From contig CAYTHV010000002.1 of the NCBI GenBank assembly GCA_964437685.1, positions 2,008-66,007 of the forward strand: a DNA stretch of 64,000 bases. Direction: 5' to 3'. Each line of letters opens with the position of its first letter. Within the stretch, counting starts at the first letter, position 1. The translations under genes were made by a program, and so were the position numbers. Origin of the DNA: an uncultured Pirellulales bacterium. GTDB taxonomy: Bacteria > Planctomycetota > Phycisphaerae > Sedimentisphaerales > Anaerohalosphaeraceae. A model generated the notes under the pieces. That model did no database searches. It was given only the letters and a program-made list of their open reading frames with translations, and was not told the origin of the DNA. This document shows, piece after piece, positions 28,201 through 36,231 of this stretch.

Positions 28201-29278
28201 TGTACCTGTTATTGAGATCGAGCGAAAAACCGGCTATCATTATGTCGAACTGTATAATGACAGTAACGCAATTGGCGTGCAGGCATCCGATGGCAATGAT
28301 ATATTGAGCTTTCGTATCAAAGCCAATACAGTGCTTTGCCTGGCGCAATTGCCGCAGATTATTGCGGCATCCAAGAGCGGAAGCACGGTCAATGTTTCGT
28401 TGAGTCAAAGCGAGGCGAGCGATGTGCTTGTCGCGTTTTTCAATTGTGACCGCAGCGCCTGGGGTTATGGCGATGGTGTGGTTGTGTCGTTGACATCCGG
28501 GCAGGGACAGTTCAGCATTCCGGCTGAGTATGTCAACGCCAAGATTATTCTAAAACTTGTCCGCAATGAGCTGCTGATTGATGAATTGATATTGGATGAA
28601 CAGCCTGCGGCTGCACCGGGAACGATTGTGCTGTGGCATCTGGACGAGACATCAGGGAATATTGGCTATGATTCCGCCGGAATGAATAACAATCTGGTCA
28701 AGGGCGCGACGTATTCATGGCAAAGTGCTAACGGCAATACATCGGTTCCACCTTCGCGTGGTCTCAGGACACCGTCGTCTTCTTGTGATACATATTGTAC
28801 AAGCTGGATAAATCCCGAAGAAATCACCGATGCGTTGACTGTTTCACTGTGGGCGAAATTTACTTCGGTAGATCCCAATGGTACGTATCTTATGATGATG
28901 GATTCGAAATTTATGATCCGGGTTGACGGCGGGCGATCTTCGGTGCAGTTTCTCGTACTAACGCCGGATGATGTCTGGCATCAGGTCGATGCAGAACCTA
29001 TGGGGGCAGGAGCAACTATTGTGGGAACCGGATGGCATCTGATTTCCGGAGTTTACGATGGTAAGCGAGATGCAAATGGAAATGCCAACTTGTATTTTTA
29101 CTGGGATGGCATGCTCAAAAAGACGGTTTCATTCCCTATTTCAGCGGCAAGCCAGCCATTAATGTCGGGTGGTTCGGGAAAGGTGATTGTTGGCGGTACG
29201 GCCTGGAATGAACTAAACACGAGTTTGAATTTTGTCGGCAGTATCGATGAGGTTACGGTTAAGAATGTCCTGCCATAA
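25274..29278 (+). CDS. Secreted multidomain putative glycoside hydrolase: LamG + double dockerin-like + DUF6259-like core + LamG
   Basis: Signal peptide; GDLNSNCYLDLFDL / GDINHSGCVNFSDF; core GMDGIYLDEL, LMTEHAGSDY, NYFRFCFPE; the DUF6259 name is by recall. Confidence 0.75.
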   Translation: MRSVLFTVTTIFILFAAVVYADFDSGQCAFDDSTLALWHSDEGTGTVLADATGNNHAASLIGLTKPQWASPGLFGGKGLFLTYGYNNSPNKYGAIQLDSGLLNHQNLTLEMYVNWVYQSVGANPSDYGSLGYLVNDGTNMYVKTYMDYSVPPFLRCKLIFGVQTSAGLLEISTPGTYSLQHEMWTQAAFTREYSGGNTTIKIYINGQLAVTGSKAGTPVMGGGFAQIGSTIYNTVSWGGDIDDIRLSDVARTTFCNGSLPRCGDWGKMGGDLNSNCYLDLFDLLLFAQYWLNCSGGVGDINHSGCVNFSDFSILSDTWLTCTDPCNSTVCNYAYDEVVDLENEHYLCQLSVGSGLNTRSGLRWLRLFNKNLQTEYLNKETQMPLFMVFGDGFVVDSTDFIIGSVTKSQTNGIWQWHIPMTCSSQQLTAELVVNVDGTEKMNWALNVNNTAASTRKLQPVFPVMGRVDIGNSLADNHYFVPWRSGIVGKIDCDLKYEYGNLAWMQVFSVFNPTIGAGLYTYPMDSNGGFKGMLFKKSYAFGTTTVKHAEVTLPRERPYISDVTAPTDLLAGVIKGIGFTYYYPRISVAAGGQYALPQTVIGVYQGGWKEALKDYSTWAHTWYTHVDTPQWLKNCFNSVGGWPGWYCDSTSHTYTRSQTMHDPDPMHLEQWYGWWDGWEAAYAANSPFHGAGDFYYNELRGGLTAFKNEIETIQAKGSRMTVYIDNRFCWDMTDIGQLHGQAWAVMDPPGVYATYQRAEDKWMMCSYEPNAWVDWLSQTCGRIVRDTGMDGIYLDELPLMFPCYNTNHVHYQQDGAPFSVDRMRQFLTKSRNAMRQENPEAILMTEHAGSDYFTQFYDSSWSQTYYKAGFPFAEQYFDEDSLNYFRFCFPEFKLLEWGPADDWERRTFFNGIGICDYPLSGISQQAGQVMKENGDVFASLSPEPLVATKIARVLANKFPIANKVLYTIYNKTADDFNIVPVIEIERKTGYHYVELYNDSNAIGVQASDGNDILSFRIKANTVLCLAQLPQIIAASKSGSTVNVSLSQSEASDVLVAFFNCDRSAWGYGDGVVVSLTSGQGQFSIPAEYVNAKIILKLVRNELLIDELILDEQPAAAPGTIVLWHLDETSGNIGYDSAGMNNNLVKGATYSWQSANGNTSVPPSRGLRTPSSSCDTYCTSWINPEEITDALTVSLWAKFTSVDPNGTYLMMMDSKFMIRVDGGRSSVQFLVLTPDDVWHQVDAEPMGAGATIVGTGWHLISGVYDGKRDANGNANLYFYWDGMLKKTVSFPISAASQPLMSGGSGKVIVGGTAWNELNTSLNFVGSIDEVTVKNVLP

Positions 29279-29376
29279 ATGTGACACAACCCGGTGTGGA
29301 ACGGTAGCGGGTTATTTTTCGTAAGGGTATTATTAAGTGGAAGATTTAAATACTTAGGAAGTATATTAGGAAATAT

Positions 29377-30450
29377 ATGGAATTGATGCCGCGTGAGCGA
29401 TGGATTGCAGTTATAAAACGGCAGAGAGTTGATCGTGTGCCTTGTGATATATGGGCTACGCCGGAAGTATTTGAAAAATTGGCGAAAGAACTTAATTGTG
29501 CTGATCAGTGGGCGGTTATTGATAAGCTCGAAATAGACGCTCCCTATAGGATTGATCCCACATATATTGGACCATCGCTGGCGAATGACTGTGACTTTTG
29601 GGGGGTACGGCATAAAGAAGTTAACTATGGTACCGGAACATACCATGAAGCGGCGGGACATCCGCTTGCATCAGCCATGACGGTTCGGGATATCGATAAT
29701 TATAATTGGCCGAAAGCTGAATGGTTTGATTATTCACAGTTGAAAGTTCAAGTACAGCAAAACAGCCACCGGCCATTGCGTACTGGCTGGGTCGAACCAT
29801 TTCTGTTTTATTCGAAGCTTCGAGGACTTGAACAGGCAATGATAGATATGGCGGCTGCCCCGGCTATGGTGGAATGTGCATTTGATCATATATTCCATTT
29901 TGGCTGCAGGCGACTTGAGCGAATTTTAAATGAAATCGGCAGTGTAGATTTTATTATACCGAGTGAAGACTTGGGATCGCAGCATGGGCCGTTATTCTCG
30001 TTGGAATGTTTCAGGAGATTTCATAAACCGCGGTTTATGAAATATATTGAACTGGCAAAGCAAGCGGGTTCGTATGTGTTCTTTCATACCGATGGCGCCT
30101 GTAAAGAATTTATTCCGGACCTGATTGAAATAGGCGTTGATATCTTAAATCCTATACAGCATCGCTGTCCCGGTATGGAACGGGAAGGATTAAAAAAAGA
30201 TTTCGGCAAAATGTTGGTGTTTCACGGAGGCGTGGAAAATCAGGAGATATTGCCGTTTGGTACAACTCAGCAGGTGCGTCAAGAAACCTTGGCGTGCTTT
30301 GAAACGCTGGGTGTCGGCGGCGGATACATTTGTGCTTCTTGCCATAATATTCAGCCTGTTACACCGGTTGAGAATATTCTGGCAATGTATGATACGATCA
30401 AAGAAATAGGCTCAGATACGAAATATACGATTCCACAAATTGAAAATTGA
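29377..30450 (+). CDS. Uroporphyrinogen decarboxylase / MtaA-CmuA fold protein
   Basis: RERW...DRVP, LRGLEQAMIDM, EDLGSQ, FHTDG, GGGYICASCH. Confidence 0.88.
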   Translation: MELMPRERWIAVIKRQRVDRVPCDIWATPEVFEKLAKELNCADQWAVIDKLEIDAPYRIDPTYIGPSLANDCDFWGVRHKEVNYGTGTYHEAAGHPLASAMTVRDIDNYNWPKAEWFDYSQLKVQVQQNSHRPLRTGWVEPFLFYSKLRGLEQAMIDMAAAPAMVECAFDHIFHFGCRRLERILNEIGSVDFIIPSEDLGSQHGPLFSLECFRRFHKPRFMKYIELAKQAGSYVFFHTDGACKEFIPDLIEIGVDILNPIQHRCPGMEREGLKKDFGKMLVFHGGVENQEILPFGTTQQVRQETLACFETLGVGGGYICASCHNIQPVTPVENILAMYDTIKEIGSDTKYTIPQIEN

Positions 30451-30472
30451 AGATATAAGGCTGGAGGCAAAA

Positions 30473-33055
30473 ATGCGAGCATATAAATTACTGGGTTTTA
30501 TTTTGATTTCTGTGGTATGTAATCACAGTTACGCTGTGAGTAAGGTTTCATTTGAAAGGCTTGGCGTAAATATCCCGCCAAAGACGCAGCCGTATAAGGG
30601 GATAATCAGCACAGCGGCCGGGCAGATAACATCGAAAGATGGGACGCTGGTTTTTGAGAATGGGCATTTCAGATTCCAGGTCGTGACTTCGCCGGTGCTG
30701 CAATTAACACAGCTATACAGTAAATATGCCGATGCGAACTGCCTGATGGAAAATTCAAGACTATTTATTGCATGGTTGGATGGAAAGCGGCTTTCAGAGA
30801 AAGATTTTGCAGTTAAAGATGTCGAGGTGGTTGAAAACGGCGGTCGAAAGAGTGCTGTGATTTTGTTTCAGTTGCTCTCAGAGCAATGCACGGGCAGGCT
30901 GGTAATCAGCATAGACGATTCGACAGAGATACAGTTTGATCTTTCGCTGACTAACGGCAGTGATAAGGCGAGAAGTTACCGAATGCTGTTTCCGTACTTT
31001 GAAAATGTTCAGATGGGTCAAAATGGAGCTGAAAATTATTATTTTTTCCCGTTAAAAGGCGGCATCTGCAGCAACAAACCTTATGAGCTTCAGAGCGGAT
31101 ACGGCAGTCATAATGGTTCCATACAGCTTATAAGCCTGTATAATCCGCAGCTTGGCAGTGGAATCTATACCCGGGTTGAAGATGCCGGCGGCAGGACAAA
31201 AACATTTGTCTTCCAAAAAAAGGATTGTGATGGCGATGAGGCGATTGGCAGTTTTCGAAATTTTCAGGGCATCTTTGCCGAGATGACTTTTAATGAAAAG
31301 GACATTTTTCCAAACGCGCGTGGATCGGTTCTAAGCTGCTATTCGTATCCATCCAATGTTGAGCCGAACGCGGAATTAAAAATGCCCAGAAGTGTACTGG
31401 CGGTACATGGCGGGGATTTTACATATGCACTGGATAGGTATTCGAAATGGCTGCGGACCTGGTTGAAGCATGAGATCGGTACACCCCAGTGGTATAAAGA
31501 TTGTTATTTTTATCCGGTTGCCCATGATATCGCCGGCAACACAGGCTGGGAAAAGGGCTTTATACGGGACAACAAGATTGTTTTGAGCCAGATTGCACGG
31601 CCCTATGAGCATATGATACAACTTGCATTCTGGGGTGAACATCCCAAAGACGATGGGTTGGGAGATAAGCGAGATGTTTCATGGTATCGCTTTGCAATGC
31701 CGGGTAATTTCAACTATGAGGAATCATGGGGGGGGCTGTCCGCATTGCGGGAGGAAATAAAAAAGACCAGAATGATTGGCCCGCGGATTTCGCTTTATGG
31801 TGCGACACAGTATGGGACCTGGCTGTTCTCCGATGTGTACAAGCAGCATCCCGACTGGGCACAAATTGATCAGTTGGGCAGAGAAGTGCATGACTATTGG
31901 TGGGACCTGGATAATAATAAAAATCGGGTGCGTATCGTGAATATGTGCGGGCAGGTGGAAGAGTGGCAGGATTATGTCGCACAGACTAATCATCGCATTA
32001 TCAAGGATACAGGGGCGAGCGGTATTTATCTTGATGTCATGAACCAGATACCGTTCTGTTATAATCCAAAGCATAAACATGAAGAGTATCCTGCGATATC
32101 GGCGGAAAAACTGCTCAAAAAGAATCTTGCTGCGGTACGATCCGCCGACCCTGAGGCCGTGATAGAGATTGAAGATTTTTGCTCCGATTATCTGTTGCAG
32201 TGGGTGGATGGCTGCTGGATGAAGACATTCTACCAGGATTTGCCGCCTGAATTTGAAGATACATTTGATCTTTACAGTGTTTCATTTGTGCGGTTTATGA
32301 TTCCTGAAGTGAAGTGGCCGGATTTTGGCCCGCGGTGGATACACGGCAGCCGCAGGGCATTTTTTAACGGTATGGGATATAACCTGAGCGAGGTAAACAA
32401 CAAGAATGATGATGAAGCCGCTCAGAGAATAACGAAAGAGCAGCGAGTCGATTATCTGATTGTGACAGACCAGTTGATGAAAGAGAGCAGCGATGTGTTT
32501 TCGAGTGTCGATTGTCGCTGCCTTGTACCGACATTGCAGGAAAATGTCTATGCAAATTATTTCGGTGCAAATGGCAAGAAGTTTTATACGCTTTACAATA
32601 AGAATGACAGTCCAATACAGGGACAACTTATCAAAACAGAGGGTGGCGGCAGTTATCATGGTGTTGAACTGCTATATGACAATGAGATTGAATATGATGG
32701 CCAGAGTGGAATCACAGCGATGACGGTTAAGCCGTGGGATGTAGTTTGTGTGGCAAAGCTGCCCAGGATTATGTCGCTGGAACAACAGGGAAGTATTCTT
32801 GATATTACATTGCAGAAAAGCGTCAACGGCGGCTTCCTGAAACTGTATGTCGATACGGATGATGGTAAAAATCCGGGCGAGCGAATAGATGTTCAACATG
32901 ATTTGGCAAGAATCGATCTTGCACATTATCAAGGCAAGCGGCTGATTATCAAGTTGTTTGAAGGTGGTTACTTACTGGATGAGAGGATTGTCGATCTAAA
33001 ACAAAACTTAAATTCTGCGATTATTCCAGGTAATGCGCCGGTCTGTGCCATTTAA
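30473..33055 (+). CDS. Secreted DUF6259-like putative glycoside hydrolase
   Basis: GGAGG SD and signal peptide; GASGIYLDVM, IEIEDFCSDY, FVRFMIPE; paralogous to 25274 and 33217. Confidence 0.75.
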   Translation: MRAYKLLGFILISVVCNHSYAVSKVSFERLGVNIPPKTQPYKGIISTAAGQITSKDGTLVFENGHFRFQVVTSPVLQLTQLYSKYADANCLMENSRLFIAWLDGKRLSEKDFAVKDVEVVENGGRKSAVILFQLLSEQCTGRLVISIDDSTEIQFDLSLTNGSDKARSYRMLFPYFENVQMGQNGAENYYFFPLKGGICSNKPYELQSGYGSHNGSIQLISLYNPQLGSGIYTRVEDAGGRTKTFVFQKKDCDGDEAIGSFRNFQGIFAEMTFNEKDIFPNARGSVLSCYSYPSNVEPNAELKMPRSVLAVHGGDFTYALDRYSKWLRTWLKHEIGTPQWYKDCYFYPVAHDIAGNTGWEKGFIRDNKIVLSQIARPYEHMIQLAFWGEHPKDDGLGDKRDVSWYRFAMPGNFNYEESWGGLSALREEIKKTRMIGPRISLYGATQYGTWLFSDVYKQHPDWAQIDQLGREVHDYWWDLDNNKNRVRIVNMCGQVEEWQDYVAQTNHRIIKDTGASGIYLDVMNQIPFCYNPKHKHEEYPAISAEKLLKKNLAAVRSADPEAVIEIEDFCSDYLLQWVDGCWMKTFYQDLPPEFEDTFDLYSVSFVRFMIPEVKWPDFGPRWIHGSRRAFFNGMGYNLSEVNNKNDDEAAQRITKEQRVDYLIVTDQLMKESSDVFSSVDCRCLVPTLQENVYANYFGANGKKFYTLYNKNDSPIQGQLIKTEGGGSYHGVELLYDNEIEYDGQSGITAMTVKPWDVVCVAKLPRIMSLEQQGSILDITLQKSVNGGFLKLYVDTDDGKNPGERIDVQHDLARIDLAHYQGKRLIIKLFEGGYLLDERIVDLKQNLNSAIIPGNAPVCAI

Positions 33056-33216
33056 AGCTGGTATTGAAGCAGAGACATGAAGATTTGGACGGTCACATTG
33101 AACTGATTACAAAAAAAAGTTGCGGACATCATCCCCATAGTCTCAAAGATCCGCAACCTATCGTGGACTTTATTTGGAAGTATTTTAAGGATAATACTAT
33201 TTAAGGAATTTTTATT

Positions 33217-36200
33217 ATGAATAAGAAAGCGGTTTTATTTGCAGTGGTAAGTGTGTTATGGATGGTTGGAACGTGTTATTGTGCAGAGGCAACAATCCTT
33301 GAGGACAATTTTGATAGTTACAATGAAAGCCTTTGGGGCAGCAAAGCATCAGCAATTGCCGTCGAAGATGGCAAGCTGATTAACAGGCCGCCGCAGGGTG
33401 GGGCGAATCTTATTTCTTTAAAAAAGTATAAATATGTTTCACTTGAGATGCGAGTCCAGTTTGATACGCTAAGTTCTGATTCATCGATATTTTATTATCT
33501 TGGTTTTCAGAGTGTTATTCCGTGGGCTGAAAATGTGTGCTGTTTTACGGTTCAAGACGGCTCTATGACCGCAGGGGTGGGAAAAAGTGAGCAAAAGGGT
33601 GTTCGTCAAACGGTCACGGATATCAAAGTCGGGACATGGTATGTTTTGAAGATTGAGTGGAAGCCCGAAAGTGTTGAATTCTTTATTGACGGTAAATCTG
33701 TCTTAAAAACTCAGGAGGCACAGGCAATTCCGGATGTTGCGATACCGATTTTCCTTGGTGCAAATACCCTCAGGCAAACAACGGATAAAGATGCTGCATC
33801 GCTTAGAATTGATTCGGTAAAACTGGCAGGTGAACCTCAGGAGGAAAAGGTTAAACCTGTTGGCGGTACGAGTGGGAGATCGCAGAAACAGTTTGAAAAA
33901 AGCATTGGAGATCCCGATTCGGCATTTATCCGTGTCGGTTCCCAGGTGATACATCTTGAAAATCAGAATTTCATTAATGAGCTTGCGTTTGATGGCGGAT
34001 TAAGGTGGAGTCGATTGTTTAACAAGGCGACTGAAGATGAATATCTTTCCGACAAAGATACTTCCCCGGTGTTTAAGCTTCTGGGGAAGCGATTTTCGCT
34101 TGCCTCAACAGATTTTGATATTACGGATATCAAAGTAAGTGAAGAAGGACAAAAAAAAATATTGACTGTTTTACTTGCTAATACGGAAGAAAAGATAGAA
34201 TGTGAACTTTTAGCACAAATAGATAATTCACAGGAGATACTATGGTCGCTGGCTGTGAAGAATACGGCAAAGCAAAAAGTTAAAATCAAGCCGATTTTTC
34301 CCATCATAAGCACGATTGATATTGCGGGGAATGCGGCGGGGAATAATTACTTTTTCCCATGGCGCAGCGGTATTGTCGGTAAAGTAAACTGTGATTTGTT
34401 GTATGAATATGGCGGGCTTGCATGGATGCAGATTGTCAGCATATTTAACCCCGATACAGAGACAGGATTTTATGTCTATCCCAAAGACAGCAGTGGTACG
34501 ATGAAAGGTATGATCTTTAAGAAATTTTCATCAGAAGTAGAGGGGATGGTTACCCATAGTGAACTGACCGCTTCCTATGAAGTTCCCAAAGAAGATGCAT
34601 TTGAGCTGAATGAAGGTATCGGGTTGGCATATTATTATTTTGAGCAGGAAGTTGGCGCTGGCGAACAGGTTGTATTGCCTCCGACGGCTATAGGGATTTA
34701 TCGCGGAGGATGGAAAGAAGCTCTGCAGAACTACAGCACATGGGCGCATAGCTGGTATAAACATGTAGATACACCAAGTTGGTTTATGAATAGTTTCAAT
34801 TTCCTTCCTCAGCATAAACCGGCATATTATTCAACAGAAGCGAAAAAATATGTCGCCAGTGAGCGGCTGGCCGGCTCGGAACATCTTGTTCAATGGGCGC
34901 ACTGGTGGGATTATCAGGAAAAGCAGGACTGGACTCCGGATATTTTGATGGGCAGAGAGCAGCCTGGAGATTTTGATTATAATAAAGATCGCGGCGGACT
35001 TGCAGCATTCAAGGAAGAGATTAAACGATTACAGGACAAAGGAACTCGCTTTACCGTTTATATAGACCATCGTTTCTGCTGTAAGGAGACGAAGATTGGA
35101 CAGGCTAAAGGTGAGCAGTGGGCGGCTGTTTATAAACCGGGTGGTTCGCCGGAAGGTTATGGCGGGCCGGCAGATCAATATGTGACTTGTTATATGGAGC
35201 CGAATGCATGGCCGCATTATCTGGCTCAGACATGCGGACGGATCATTAAGGATACCGGCATGGATGGAATCTATCTTGATGAGCTTGCATTGCCGTTTGC
35301 CTGTTATAATCCAGACCATATCCACAATAAAAAATACAAAAGTATTGTATATCTTCCGGCATTTGTGGCAAGTATGGTTGAATCGCGTGAAGCGATGCGG
35401 CGTGAAAATCCGGAAGCGATATTGATGACCGAGCATGCCGGCAGCGATTATTTTTCACAGTTTATCGATGGTTCGTGGTCGCAGACATTTTATGCGACAG
35501 GATTTCCTTTTGCCGAGAAATATTTTGATGATTATAGCATCAATTATTTCCATTTCTGTTTTCCCGAATTCAAGCTGGCGGAATGGGGTGATGCGCATGA
35601 TGGGCCCAGACGCTGCTTTTTTAACGGCATTGGTATTGATTGGGGCGCCGGCAGCCAGGATTACCTGCGAAAGACAGGTCAGATTCTTAAGGAAAACGGC
35701 GATGCATTTGCCTCGCGAAATCCGGAACCGATTGTAGAGACAAAGGTGAATAAAGTCTTTGCGAATAAATTCCGAGTGATCGATAAAACCGTTTACACCG
35801 TCTATAATAAGAGCGGCAAAGATGTGGACAGGGAAATTCTTGAAGTTGATCAGCGGTCGAATTATCACTGGGTTGAAATGCTGTACGATAACCCGGTCAA
35901 AGTTCGACAGGAATTGGTTAAAACCAAAGATGTGTTGTCGCTGAAAATGGACGTCAATGAAGTAGTGTGTGTCGGTCATCTTCCTGTTGTAATTAATGCG
36001 GTGAATAAAGACAAGCAGGTTGTCATTCAGCTTGTAAAGGATATTCCCGGTGCTGTGTTATATGCTTATCTTGGTGAAGATACCAGCCAGTTAAATAATA
36101 AAGGCGCTGTAAAGATTGATATTCAAAATGGGCAGGGGAATTTGACTTGTGAGCAAAAAGGCAAAGTCATTCTTAAACTTATGAAGAATGATATACTAAT

Positions 36201-36231
36201 TGATGAGGCAATTTTAAATGTTGAAAACTAA
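33217..36231 (+). CDS. Secreted ConA-like + DUF6259-like putative glycoside hydrolase
   Basis: Signal peptide; N-terminal WYVLKIEW..VEFFIDG jelly-roll; core very similar to 25274 (YFFPWRSGIVGK, GMDGIYLDEL, LMTEHAGSDY). Confidence 0.75.
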   Translation: MNKKAVLFAVVSVLWMVGTCYCAEATILEDNFDSYNESLWGSKASAIAVEDGKLINRPPQGGANLISLKKYKYVSLEMRVQFDTLSSDSSIFYYLGFQSVIPWAENVCCFTVQDGSMTAGVGKSEQKGVRQTVTDIKVGTWYVLKIEWKPESVEFFIDGKSVLKTQEAQAIPDVAIPIFLGANTLRQTTDKDAASLRIDSVKLAGEPQEEKVKPVGGTSGRSQKQFEKSIGDPDSAFIRVGSQVIHLENQNFINELAFDGGLRWSRLFNKATEDEYLSDKDTSPVFKLLGKRFSLASTDFDITDIKVSEEGQKKILTVLLANTEEKIECELLAQIDNSQEILWSLAVKNTAKQKVKIKPIFPIISTIDIAGNAAGNNYFFPWRSGIVGKVNCDLLYEYGGLAWMQIVSIFNPDTETGFYVYPKDSSGTMKGMIFKKFSSEVEGMVTHSELTASYEVPKEDAFELNEGIGLAYYYFEQEVGAGEQVVLPPTAIGIYRGGWKEALQNYSTWAHSWYKHVDTPSWFMNSFNFLPQHKPAYYSTEAKKYVASERLAGSEHLVQWAHWWDYQEKQDWTPDILMGREQPGDFDYNKDRGGLAAFKEEIKRLQDKGTRFTVYIDHRFCCKETKIGQAKGEQWAAVYKPGGSPEGYGGPADQYVTCYMEPNAWPHYLAQTCGRIIKDTGMDGIYLDELALPFACYNPDHIHNKKYKSIVYLPAFVASMVESREAMRRENPEAILMTEHAGSDYFSQFIDGSWSQTFYATGFPFAEKYFDDYSINYFHFCFPEFKLAEWGDAHDGPRRCFFNGIGIDWGAGSQDYLRKTGQILKENGDAFASRNPEPIVETKVNKVFANKFRVIDKTVYTVYNKSGKDVDREILEVDQRSNYHWVEMLYDNPVKVRQELVKTKDVLSLKMDVNEVVCVGHLPVVINAVNKDKQVVIQLVKDIPGAVLYAYLGEDTSQLNNKGAVKIDIQNGQGNLTCEQKGKVILKLMKNDILIDEAILNVEN

